Sequence record: OQ031493.1 | DNA length: 64,000 nucleotides | Reading direction: 5' to 3' (one strand) | Part shown: positions 10,779 through 22,941 of the stretch, in pieces | Layout: each line of letters starts with the position of its first letter | Numbering within the stretch: position 1 is the first letter of the stretch | Made by a program: the position numbers and the translations under genes | Notes under the pieces: model-generated | Seen by the model: only the letters and a program-made list of their open reading frames with translations | Told to the model about the DNA's origin: nothing | Databases searched by the model: none

Positions 10779-11174
10779 TCAGTATTCCATCGAAGTTAAT
10801 ACTCGATAATGATCTAATAGTAAATCAATAACAGAGTAAAAAGAATCACAGTTGAATTGCGTATCTATATTTGCAGATACTCCAGTAATACGATTGATAA
10901 TATGGAGACACTTAATATCTCCACCACGTTGTCTGATAAAAACAACTGCCCACACTGGCCACGTACTATCTGGTGTGGTGTCTTGAATAACTAATCTGTA
11001 ATACCCATCATTTACTGTTTCAATGGATGCTTGGATTGGATCATCTGTATAAGCCGATTCTACTTGAACATATTGATCATTATAATAAAACATTTCCTTA
11101 ATAAGTTTAGCACAGGCATGTAATGTCTCCATTACCTTAGCTGAACTATTTGGATTATATTGTTGATTAAACAT
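10779..11174 (-). CDS. Early hypothetical protein
   Basis: AGAGG RBS; monocistronic between an early promoter and a hairpin. Confidence 0.75.
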   Translation of the reverse strand: MFNQQYNPNSSAKVMETLHACAKLIKEMFYYNDQYVQVESAYTDDPIQASIETVNDGYYRLVIQDTTPDSTWPVWAVVFIRQRGGDIKCLHIINRITGVSANIDTQFNCDSFYSVIDLLLDHYRVLTSMEY

Positions 11175-11206
11175 GTCATTAACCTCTTAAGATATTGTAT
11201 GCATAG

Positions 11207-11240
11207 TAGTAATATATATCTTAATTATTTTTTAGTGTAG
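11207..11240 (-). promoter_or_regulatory. phiKZ-type early promoter
   Basis: Minus strand CTACACTAAAAAATAATTAAGATATATATTAC; TATATTAC at 11209-11216. Confidence 0.75.
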
Positions 11241-11265
11241 TTGTGAAAACTTAGAGGAATATACG

Positions 11266-11442
11266 ATGCCTAGTAAAAGTAAAAAACAACATAACTTCAT
11301 GGCTGCTGTATCCAATGATAAGAAGTTTGCTAAGAAAGTTGGTGTACCACAATCAGTTGGTAAAGACTTTGTTGAGGCTGATAAAAATAAAAAGAGTTTT
11401 GAAAGTGTTTCACTTAATAGCACTTATAAAGATAGTTACTAA
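11266..11442 (+). CDS. Small basic protein (58 aa) missed by the ORF track
   Basis: AGAGGA RBS, MPSKSKKQHNFMAAVSNDKKFAKKVGVPQSVGKDFVEADKNKKSFESVSLNSTYKDSY, stop abuts a family hairpin. Confidence 0.8.
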   Translation: MPSKSKKQHNFMAAVSNDKKFAKKVGVPQSVGKDFVEADKNKKSFESVSLNSTYKDSY

Positions 11443-11478
11443 TATAATGCCCTCCCATTGCGGGAGGGCTTATGTTGC
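11442..11478. terminator. GCCCTCCC-family hairpin between convergent genes
   Basis: ATATAATGCCCTCCC-ATTGC-GGGAGGGCTTATGTTGC. Confidence 0.8.
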
Positions 11479-11484
11479 TTATAA

Positions 11485-13977
11485 TTATTTTAATACTAGA
11501 TTTTTATTAAATACTTCTGGAGTACTAATATTAGCTGGATCAAGTACAATAAATTCAGCTTGGTTAAATGCACCGTGTGTTGATTCAAAGTGGCTGATGA
11601 AGAACACTTGATTAACAATGCCATTTTCAATTAACCTGTTAATGAATGGAATAGCATTGGCTCGATGTTGTTCATCAAAAGTCCTGCTAAATTCATCTAA
11701 GAAAAGGGGCATGTCATCTAGATGTAAAAATTTCAAGATAGCCATTCTAAAAGCAAAATCAACAATCTCTAATTGTGAGTCAGACCCGTATTCAATGTCC
11801 GGTGGCTGAACGTCACCACCTGCAATATGCATTGGGAACTTATAATCCATGCCATCTTTGTCAACATTAGAAGGTAATACTTCTAACCTATAAGTCCAAA
11901 TCTCATTGATGTATGCATTTACTAGTTTAACTACTCCTTGTAAGAAACCTAATAAATAGCGACCAAGAATACCACTTTTTGGTGATAATGCTTTTTCAAG
12001 AATAGCTAAATCAGTAGCCATTTGTTGTGCATGGTTAACTTCTGATTCTAAAACTTTAATACGTTCTTCATGACGTTCCATTTCACTTAAACGACTATGC
12101 ACACTAGATAGTTCTAAGTTAACAGCATCAATCTCTGCTTGGTATGCCTTATCTACAAAGTTATCAGCTGTATCCACTATCTTTTTAATAAACTGCTCCC
12201 ATCGTTCAATAAAAGAATGATACTTATCTTCCCATTCACGAATAGCATTACCAGCTTTATTGAAATGAGATGCTTTTCTTTGTAAGTCAGCTGCTACATG
12301 TGTTTTATTATTAATTTCAGTTTCTAGTGCAGTTGTACGTGCCTTAATGAACTCTAATGCATCTTGATCCATCTCAGCAATAACACGTAGTCGTTGAGCT
12401 AATAAAGTAGCTTCCGCATGAGCTTGCTTAGAGACAATGAGTTGCTGCATTGCATCTCGCCAGTCTAATGCATCATTTATATATTTTGCTGGTGTGCGAT
12501 ACATTACGACATGTTCAGCTACATAGTTCCATAATGTATCAAATTCGTTATACTCTTTCGTTAATTGAACGTAGCCATGTACATAACTTACATATTCATT
12601 GAAGTCAGTCATGTACTGTTCAAGAACCTTGATCTCATTTGAACAGCTATCCATCGCTTCATCTAACTTAGCTTTGCGCTCTTCTGCTATTGTGATATCT
12701 TGTTCACTAACACCAGGTTTAAATGAATGAGTGCACGATGGACAAATAATAGATGCACATTCCTTAAATGAATTTAGGCGTTGATTAATTTGTAAATACA
12801 TGCCTTCCATGGTTGAATATTTACTTTTTAATTCTTTTAGCCTTTCTGCATTTTTAATAGCAGTTTCTTTACTTAAGTAACCATTCTCATTATTAGGAAA
12901 TGTAGTGAGAAGTTTGATCCAACGATCTGAGAGATCAGTAAGTTTACCAGATGGATCACCGTTAACAGAAATGTCAACCAAAGGAAATCTACCGGTATAC
13001 TTCTTATATTTACTAATAGCTTCTTCAGCAATGCGTGTATGATGTTCATGTCTGTCCTTAAGTTCTTGTATTTCTTCTGGAGACATACGTTCAGCTGTAT
13101 TCGGATTAGAGCTTTTTAATTCTTCTAATTCTTCAACTAAACGTGCAATAACTGCTTGTATAGATTTATATTCTTCAATCTTCTTATTATTTAGTTCTAA
13201 GAAAGATTCATACCCATCTACTTTAACTTGAATAGGTAACATTGGAAATGACATTAACAATGAACGAGCTTCATCTAAGATAGAATCTAATTCTTTACGT
13301 GCAGTGGTTTCATCTCTAAAATGAAGGACACCTTTCTTATCACGTGTTTTATAAAGTAAATCAATACGACTAACTAACCGTTGTTTCACTTCTTTCAACT
13401 GTGTCATTTCTGAATCATTCAATACCCCATGGTGTTCTGTGACCAATCGCTTATTAATTGTTTTAACAGTACCTTGCTGGTTAGATAATTCTTTACGTAC
13501 TTTGTTATAAACATTAAATGCATAATCAAGGTTAACTACAGACATTCTAGTTAACCATGCTTTACGTTCATTAGGTTTTAACTTTGTAAAACGCATCTTA
13601 CCTGTCAACATTTCATGCAGTTCTCGGTTTAACCCGAAATGCGCCATTACAAGTTCTTCTTGTTCTTTAAAGGTATGACCACTATTTAATTCTTCATCAT
13701 TACATAAAAAGGAATGATGTCCAGTGCCACGGTTATATTTAGAAATTAATTTATAGTCTTTACCATTTGCATGACAATGGAAATGTTTCTCGCCACCTTG
13801 CTTGAAGTTTGAACTGCTAGATACAACAGGTGTCAGTTCACTAATAATAGATGATTTGCCAGAACCATTACTACCAAGTATAACCATCATCTGTTTGCTT
13901 GGAGTCCATTCAAAATAATGTGTATTATTGGCCATCAACCTAGTATAGCCAATTAGCTTAAGTAGCTTGATCTGCAT
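11485..13977 (-). CDS. sbcC: SbcC/Rad50-like SMC ATPase
   Basis: Walker A GSNGSGKSS, coiled coil with CPSC zinc hook, degenerate signature GSDSQ, Walker B LFLDEF. Confidence 0.92.
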   Translation of the reverse strand: MQIKLLKLIGYTRLMANNTHYFEWTPSKQMMVILGSNGSGKSSIISELTPVVSSSSNFKQGGEKHFHCHANGKDYKLISKYNRGTGHHSFLCNDEELNSGHTFKEQEELVMAHFGLNRELHEMLTGKMRFTKLKPNERKAWLTRMSVVNLDYAFNVYNKVRKELSNQQGTVKTINKRLVTEHHGVLNDSEMTQLKEVKQRLVSRIDLLYKTRDKKGVLHFRDETTARKELDSILDEARSLLMSFPMLPIQVKVDGYESFLELNNKKIEEYKSIQAVIARLVEELEELKSSNPNTAERMSPEEIQELKDRHEHHTRIAEEAISKYKKYTGRFPLVDISVNGDPSGKLTDLSDRWIKLLTTFPNNENGYLSKETAIKNAERLKELKSKYSTMEGMYLQINQRLNSFKECASIICPSCTHSFKPGVSEQDITIAEERKAKLDEAMDSCSNEIKVLEQYMTDFNEYVSYVHGYVQLTKEYNEFDTLWNYVAEHVVMYRTPAKYINDALDWRDAMQQLIVSKQAHAEATLLAQRLRVIAEMDQDALEFIKARTTALETEINNKTHVAADLQRKASHFNKAGNAIREWEDKYHSFIERWEQFIKKIVDTADNFVDKAYQAEIDAVNLELSSVHSRLSEMERHEERIKVLESEVNHAQQMATDLAILEKALSPKSGILGRYLLGFLQGVVKLVNAYINEIWTYRLEVLPSNVDKDGMDYKFPMHIAGGDVQPPDIEYGSDSQLEIVDFAFRMAILKFLHLDDMPLFLDEFSRTFDEQHRANAIPFINRLIENGIVNQVFFISHFESTHGAFNQAEFIVLDPANISTPEVFNKNLVLK

Positions 13978-14026
13978 GATTAACCCTTAATAATGTCTTA
14001 CTCTATAGAGTTAATAACCCTAGTAA

Positions 14027-15199
<1,173 letters not shown>

Positions 15200-15201
15200 A
15201 G

Positions 15202-15239
15202 AACATAATGCCCTCCCACTATGGGAGGGCTTATGCTGT
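15202..15239. terminator. GCCCTCCC-family hairpin between convergent genes
   Basis: AACATAATGCCCTCCC-ACTAT-GGGAGGGCTTATGCTGT. Confidence 0.8.
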
Positions 15240-16426
15240 TAAATACCTTCATTCTCATAATGAGTAATGCAGTGACTAACAAATGTTAACCAGACTTTAA
15301 GAGTTACTGCTAACCAATGGGTGTAGTTACCAACAGGTTCTGCTAATTTTCGGGATATCTCAGCGAGCATATTAATTGCCTCGCCATTTGCCCTTCCCAA
15401 TAACTCACTACGTTCAGCTAGCTGTCGAATTGAATCATCTACAACTACCTTAACTGTTTTATATTCTACTTCGCCTTGTTTAGCACGTTCAGCGATCGTT
15501 AAAATATTAGCAATACCAGTTACAATATCACTTAGCGTAGTTACAGAAGGTACTTCTATATCTCGTTCAGTGCTATCAATTGCATTGATTTGTAACTCTG
15601 TAAATTCCATTGTAAATGTATTGCGAACCATTTCTAGTGCAGATTGTTTATTAGTAACTGATGTAGCTATATGGTCAGCATCAGTATAAACAAATGCACG
15701 ATTAGCTGGTAAAATATAACTTCTATGGGTACCAGTAGAAGTAGTCTCACCTTTCTTTAATGGCTCATCCCCTGGCGGCGCTTTAAAATCACGACGCACT
15801 ATATCGGCAAAAGATTGTAATAACTCATCAATGATTTCTGTAGTGGTATCTTCGCCTTGATTATCTAAGATATTCAATGCTTGTCTACTAATATTTCGAG
15901 CAATATTAGAAGTCATTTTAGGATAAGTCATTAAAATATAATTAGTGACTTCTTTGATATCTAAAAGATTATCTGGTCGATCACCAATGAATTCACCGTT
16001 AATAGATAATCGCTGTAAACCAGAAACAGTCAATCGAGTATTAGTCGTACGATTACCTAGTTTTGCAAGTCGCCTAGATAATTTTTGCTGTGTTTTACGC
16101 ACATGTGAAATACTGCCAGTAAACTTGACGTAGAATGCCGTGAGTGTTTCGATTACCATCCGCACAATATCTCGTGCAGCCTTAGCAGCTCGAACTAATG
16201 CATCTTTTAAAGCACGTAGTGTAATTATACCGCCTTCTTTTATGGAGAAGGCGGGATCGATACTTTCTAAAGCAAATGACATCGCTTTAGACAGGTCTTC
16301 AGATGCTACGTCACGTCCATCTAGCAGATCTTGATAACGAGCTAATCGATGGCGATATGCTTCAACAGAAACAATAGCCTCTTTGAGTTCATTATTGGTA
16401 ATTAATAGTTCTGCATATGTGGACAT
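15239..16426 (-). CDS. gp163: Inner head (inner-body family) protein
   Basis: Propeptide-like N-terminus with ALE cleavage-type site followed by a helical domain; tandem with its paralog. Confidence 0.7.
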   Translation of the reverse strand: MSTYAELLITNNELKEAIVSVEAYRHRLARYQDLLDGRDVASEDLSKAMSFALESIDPAFSIKEGGIITLRALKDALVRAAKAARDIVRMVIETLTAFYVKFTGSISHVRKTQQKLSRRLAKLGNRTTNTRLTVSGLQRLSINGEFIGDRPDNLLDIKEVTNYILMTYPKMTSNIARNISRQALNILDNQGEDTTTEIIDELLQSFADIVRRDFKAPPGDEPLKKGETTSTGTHRSYILPANRAFVYTDADHIATSVTNKQSALEMVRNTFTMEFTELQINAIDSTERDIEVPSVTTLSDIVTGIANILTIAERAKQGEVEYKTVKVVVDDSIRQLAERSELLGRANGEAINMLAEISRKLAEPVGNYTHWLAVTLKVWLTFVSHCITHYENEGI

Positions 16427-16435
16427 TATGTTTAC

Positions 16436-18004
16436 CTATTCAGTTTCCTTGATTTCACTATCAACTAGTTTCTCAAGTACGGTGATCCAGATCATCACAC
16501 ATTTAAACAGATCATTACTAGCTTCAGTGGTGCCAGTTAGATAAGCCTTACCAACATTGGTTGCTTCTTTATCAGTCATCTGTGCAATGATTTCAGCAGT
16601 TGACTCTTTAGAGATACCGCGAATATTATTTAGATGATTTAGGAGGTTATGAACTGCTTTTAGCTGAGCCATAACAACATTCTTATCAACTAATAGTTCA
16701 ACAGTAATTCCATAGTTGGGTTTACCCGGTGCATCAAGAATGGAGAAGTCTACCGCAGCTTTGTCTTTACCAAAGGTATAAACACGATTACCGGGCACAA
16801 CCGGGCTAGCATATCGGACACCATTAGCATTAATTTTGGTAGCTGTTCCAAACATACCTTTAGCTAAAGCCAGTGCTTTATCATCAGTTGTTTTTCCAGC
16901 TAAGGCTGCTTTAAGAGCACGCAGTCCATTCTTTTCAATGCTGTCAAATAGATTACGGATTACAGTAACCCCCTGAACAGGGTCTACACCAACCCAACTC
17001 TCACCAGTGTCACCTAGAATCAGATCGCGTGGAATTGCGATAGTACGAACTTCATCGGGTAGTTCATTCTCTTTAACGCGTTTCATGATCTTATTAACGC
17101 GTTCTATTTGATTACTGACATTCTGGCGAATACGTTGATAAGTTTCTACAACAATGCGAATTAGCTTCTTAATGAAATCTAATGCAACAGTAGATACTTC
17201 TTTTGCTTTAGCTTGTAGATTATCTAATACTTCAATAGAAGCTTTAGGCCGAGTTAGCGGTGATATAAAGGATTCCATTGATGGCACAGTGTTATTAAAA
17301 TATTTATAGTCAAATGACTCTAGCGCGATGCTAATAGCTTTAGCTAGATCATGATCGACATCATGCCCGCGATGATGGCGGTTACTAACTAAACCAATAT
17401 AGTTTTCTAATGCAGTTTGAACAGATTCTACTTTAGTCAGTTCATTTACAATTGTAAACATTTCAACTGATAATGATTCTAGATGATCATCTAGTTCACC
17501 AGTGATGATATCTTCAGTAGTTTCCAGTAGTGCGGTGGCATCATAGCCATGGTCTAGCTGCTCAGTCTCATTGGCTTCCATAATAGAAATGTCTTCATTC
17601 GATGGGACATCTGCAATTTGGTGTGGTTTTTTGGTACTAACATTAAGATCTTTAGTATCACTTACTTTAGTGATCATTTCATCAGCTGTTTCAGTGATTT
17701 CGTTTTCAACACGATCACCTTTAGCTACTTGGAATTCTTTTAGCCCTTGACTAACATGAATCTTCTTATCATTGATCTTATCAGCAGTTCCATCAACATC
17801 TGGACCTTTGCATACGTCAATTGGGGTATTGGTAACGACATTGGTAACTTCATCACATGGATTTACTTTACCATCTTCATCATCTTTTAATTGTTCTGGT
17901 AATTCTTTACCAACATCAAGATTGACATTCTTATCTTCAGCATCAGAAACGCGCTCAAGACTTGCAAAGAAATCCATTGCGGGAACTGTTTTTTTCTTAG
18001 CCAT
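16436..18004 (-). CDS. gp162: Inner head protein with long acidic propeptide
   Basis: 522 aa; several S/A-x-E sites (ASLE, ALEN, ALES, SMES) typical of gp175 substrates. Confidence 0.75.
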   Translation of the reverse strand: MAKKKTVPAMDFFASLERVSDAEDKNVNLDVGKELPEQLKDDEDGKVNPCDEVTNVVTNTPIDVCKGPDVDGTADKINDKKIHVSQGLKEFQVAKGDRVENEITETADEMITKVSDTKDLNVSTKKPHQIADVPSNEDISIMEANETEQLDHGYDATALLETTEDIITGELDDHLESLSVEMFTIVNELTKVESVQTALENYIGLVSNRHHRGHDVDHDLAKAISIALESFDYKYFNNTVPSMESFISPLTRPKASIEVLDNLQAKAKEVSTVALDFIKKLIRIVVETYQRIRQNVSNQIERVNKIMKRVKENELPDEVRTIAIPRDLILGDTGESWVGVDPVQGVTVIRNLFDSIEKNGLRALKAALAGKTTDDKALALAKGMFGTATKINANGVRYASPVVPGNRVYTFGKDKAAVDFSILDAPGKPNYGITVELLVDKNVVMAQLKAVHNLLNHLNNIRGISKESTAEIIAQMTDKEATNVGKAYLTGTTEASNDLFKCVMIWITVLEKLVDSEIKETE

Positions 18005-18039
18005 TTTAAAACTCCGGAGTATTAAAGTTCATAAGGTTG

Positions 18040-18699
<660 letters not shown>

Positions 18700-18773
18700 T
18701 CATTCAATTGAGCACTATAGTTACTTTAAGACGAAATAATAGCGGATCCACTTTAAAGCAGATCCGCTTTAAA

Positions 18774-19247
18774 TTAAAATGCTTGACCAGGACAAACCCA
18801 AATATAATCACCAGTTGTTTGGCCATTAGGTCTGACTAATATAAATCGTTGTCCAACCGTACCGCGCACAGAAGCATCTTCAAATGGAAAACCTCTAGGT
18901 ATAACTAATTTACCATCTTTGTCTTGTGCCCAAAAACTTAATGAGTCCCTAGTCTCTTTGCCATTAATAGGATCTTTTTCATAGAAACTCAATACGAAAG
19001 TAAATCCATTTGGCAATGATGTATTATATTTAATAACAGTGCCAATAAATGTAGGTGTTGTTGGTGATGATACATATCCATCTTCTTCTTTAAAGATAAT
19101 GTTAGTATCAAAATAATCTTTAACATCTAACAGATTATAAATAACATCATCTCCATAAAGAGGGTGTTTCATTTTTAATGGATATTTATTTATTGTTGTG
19201 TAAAATGCACCAGGAATGAAATTATCACATTTTGATGTATCTGCCAT
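18774..19247 (-). CDS. Hypothetical protein
   Basis: AGGAG RBS; 157 aa. Confidence 0.7.
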   Translation of the reverse strand: MADTSKCDNFIPGAFYTTINKYPLKMKHPLYGDDVIYNLLDVKDYFDTNIIFKEEDGYVSSPTTPTFIGTVIKYNTSLPNGFTFVLSFYEKDPINGKETRDSLSFWAQDKDGKLVIPRGFPFEDASVRGTVGQRFILVRPNGQTTGDYIWVCPGQAF

Positions 19248-19250
19248 GAT

Positions 19251-19655
19251 TTACTCCTGTACATCCGTCATTACACGTCCTTCGATAGACCAGTATAATT
19301 CATTTTCTAATGAATCATAAACCGTTCTATATTCACATGCCTCACCTTTGTTTAATTGACAGTCAACTTTGAATACACGGTTACCAACTAAACGATTACC
19401 ATAAGCACGAATCACCAATAATCCATTTGTCTTATTGGCAATAGTAAATACATATTTACCTTTTTTAGTATCATAGGCAGTAGCTGGTAAATTTACTATA
19501 AATGGACTATCTGAATTATCATTATCAGTATAATTAGGATCTTCAACGATAATGTGCGCATTAAGATAAGTTGAGTCAATATCAAACTTACGTCCAGTTG
19601 CTTTAGACGTGTCAATTACTTTCATAGGTGGGTAGATATAACAGAATTCGCTCAT
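19251..19655 (-). CDS. Hypothetical beta-rich protein, similar to the C-terminal domain of the upstream gene
   Basis: ATGA overlap with upstream stop; VNLPAT..KGKYVFTIANKTN resembles VILPSG..AGAEYRILNLTN. Confidence 0.65.
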   Translation of the reverse strand: MSEFCYIYPPMKVIDTSKATGRKFDIDSTYLNAHIIVEDPNYTDNDNSDSPFIVNLPATAYDTKKGKYVFTIANKTNGLLVIRAYGNRLVGNRVFKVDCQLNKGEACEYRTVYDSLENELYWSIEGRVMTDVQE

Positions 19656-20602
19656 GATTGCATCCACCATGACAGACCAAGTGTATACATCGCTTTAGTT
19701 GTTTCATTATAACAGATAAATCGAGTATAGCCATTATTAGGTAAGAAACCAGTACTTGTATACATTGGCCTAATGATACTCTGTTGATAAGCAGTAGCTA
19801 TATCAACATCTTCATTAGTTAAATTCAGTATTCGATATTCAGCACCAGCCTTAAGTTTCTCGCTATTGCCAGAAGGTAGTATAACACCTTTAGGTGACTC
19901 TTCTATTTGAGCATCATCTGGTTTAGGCATTAGTACCAATAGCCTACCTATAGCTTGATCATAAGGCGGACAAATCCAATTACCAAATTTACCTGTTTCA
20001 TTATCAACTGTAATTGTAAATGGTACAAGCAATTGCGGGAATATCTGATAGTCATCTGTTGGTTCTGGATCAGGATCTGGATCTGGGTCCGGCGGATCAG
20101 GGTCAACATCACCACCTGAATGTAACCATAGATTTAACCATCCTCTCCACCATAGTGATGAATCAATAGCTTTAAATAAAAAGTTTGGTTGTTTCTTACC
20201 ACCGGTATACGTTATATTAGATATTTCTAACCATATGTCACTAGCAGTAAAATTTAATTTAGCTTTATTAGCAACATACGCAACTAAAGCTTCGCTATTT
20301 TTTAATCCTTGAACAACCGTTACTTCCGATGCTGTCCAATATGGATTTTTAATATAATCATTAACATTAAAACGATTATAAAGAAAGTCGTAATAAACAG
20401 CACTATTAGTTGCATCTTTTTGAATACGAACAAATGCCCTATTAGGCTCATCGATAGTTGCACTATCCATTACCATTACGATAATGGACTTATCTTCAGA
20501 TAAACCTAAATCCGGATATGCTGTTGTAACTGCTTTGAAGAAACCTATTCGTGGATCTTGTCCACGCGGGTTATCCGCCAGATTAAGAGTGAATCTACGC
20601 AT
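19652..20602 (-). CDS. Two-domain virion-type protein with Pro-Asp linker
   Basis: N-domain with YNRFNV motif (paralog family), DPDPPDPDPDPDPEP linker, beta-rich C-domain. Confidence 0.75.
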   Translation of the reverse strand: MRRFTLNLADNPRGQDPRIGFFKAVTTAYPDLGLSEDKSIIVMVMDSATIDEPNRAFVRIQKDATNSAVYYDFLYNRFNVNDYIKNPYWTASEVTVVQGLKNSEALVAYVANKAKLNFTASDIWLEISNITYTGGKKQPNFLFKAIDSSLWWRGWLNLWLHSGGDVDPDPPDPDPDPDPEPTDDYQIFPQLLVPFTITVDNETGKFGNWICPPYDQAIGRLLVLMPKPDDAQIEESPKGVILPSGNSEKLKAGAEYRILNLTNEDVDIATAYQQSIIRPMYTSTGFLPNNGYTRFICYNETTKAMYTLGLSWWMQS

Positions 20603-20620
20603 TGCGCCACCTTTAGATTA

Positions 20621-20656
20621 ATATAAGAGAGGGCCTTTGCCCTCTCTCATTTATGC
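20621..20656. terminator. Hairpin with ATAA/TTATGC flanks
   Basis: ATATAAGAGAGGGC-CTTT-GCCCTCTCTCATTTATGC. Confidence 0.75.
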
Positions 20657-20657
20657 A

Positions 20658-21998
<1,341 letters not shown>

Positions 21999-22173
21999 TT
22001 AATCCTCATAATTAGAGCGCGATGGGTTTCCATCTATAAAATCAGTCTGTTCTAGTTGTGTTAAAATAAAAAGTCTGGTATTATGAGCTTTACGTAATAC
22101 CCTTGTAACAGTCTATTGATAGAAATGCCAATACTGGCTTTTATGGGTAGGCATAGTACTAACAGAGGTCATC

Positions 22174-22464
22174 ATGCTCGGTTTGACTATTAAAGCCTTG
22201 CTCTTCGTTTGGCCATTCCTTAAGAGGGCTATCTTTGGTGATAGAACAATTAAGGAAGTGTTGCTGGAAAACAAACATGTCACGGCAATGTTAATCCTAG
22301 TTGTAATATTACTAGGTACCTTATTCATAGTGACTAGTGAGTTGAAGTCAGTTAAAGCAAGCAACTGGGCCGTTAAAGCCGAAATGGATCGACTCAAGAA
22401 AATGACGCCTGAGAAGGCTGAAATGCTTGAGCGCCGCCGTCGTTTAAATGACTTGCTAAAGTAA
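22174..22464 (+). CDS. Small membrane protein with C-terminal coiled coil
   Basis: AGAGG RBS; TM VTAMLILVVILLGTLFIV. Confidence 0.7.
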   Translation: MLGLTIKALLFVWPFLKRAIFGDRTIKEVLLENKHVTAMLILVVILLGTLFIVTSELKSVKASNWAVKAEMDRLKKMTPEKAEMLERRRRLNDLLK

Positions 22465-22484
22465 GTACCAAATTGGTGGATCAC

Positions 22485-22886
22485 ATGTCAAGAAAGTTCT
22501 TTCTAATACTCCTACCACTTATCAGTGGCTGTGTTTATACGCCACATGAGTACCACACGCACAACACGACTGTGGTCCAATATGAGCACTCCTCTTCTAC
22601 AGATGATCATACATCTGTTGTTACAACTAAAGAAGAGGTAATACAAAAAGTTCTGCCTACACCTAAAAAATATAGTAAGGATACTAGTAAGAAGTGTATG
22701 GTTTTCGAACTACCAAGAAAGAAACCGGTACCGCCAACACCGATTATTACAGAGTTTATAGAAACTCCGGAACAAATCGATATCTTGTTGACTGACTATA
22801 TAAAAGAATTAAAGTCACATATTGTATCTGAGCGCGCTAAAATTGAGCAAGCATATGAAGAATGGCGTGCAAAGTGTGATGAGTAA
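22485..22886 (+). CDS. Predicted lipoprotein
   Basis: MSRKFFLILLPLISGC signal with lipobox; Pro-rich KKPVPPTP; ATG at 22485 with GGTGG RBS. Confidence 0.75.
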   Translation: MSRKFFLILLPLISGCVYTPHEYHTHNTTVVQYEHSSSTDDHTSVVTTKEEVIQKVLPTPKKYSKDTSKKCMVFELPRKKPVPPTPIITEFIETPEQIDILLTDYIKELKSHIVSERAKIEQAYEEWRAKCDE

Positions 22887-22941
22887 TTTACTTGCTAGAA
22901 TTATTATCTAGTTTAGTAATCGATCACATGAGGAAACAATA

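Noticed and set aside
11232-11423. 63-aa minus-strand ORF and 11315..11611 plus-strand ORF
   Set aside because: Antisense or out-of-frame to the better supported 11266..11442 gene
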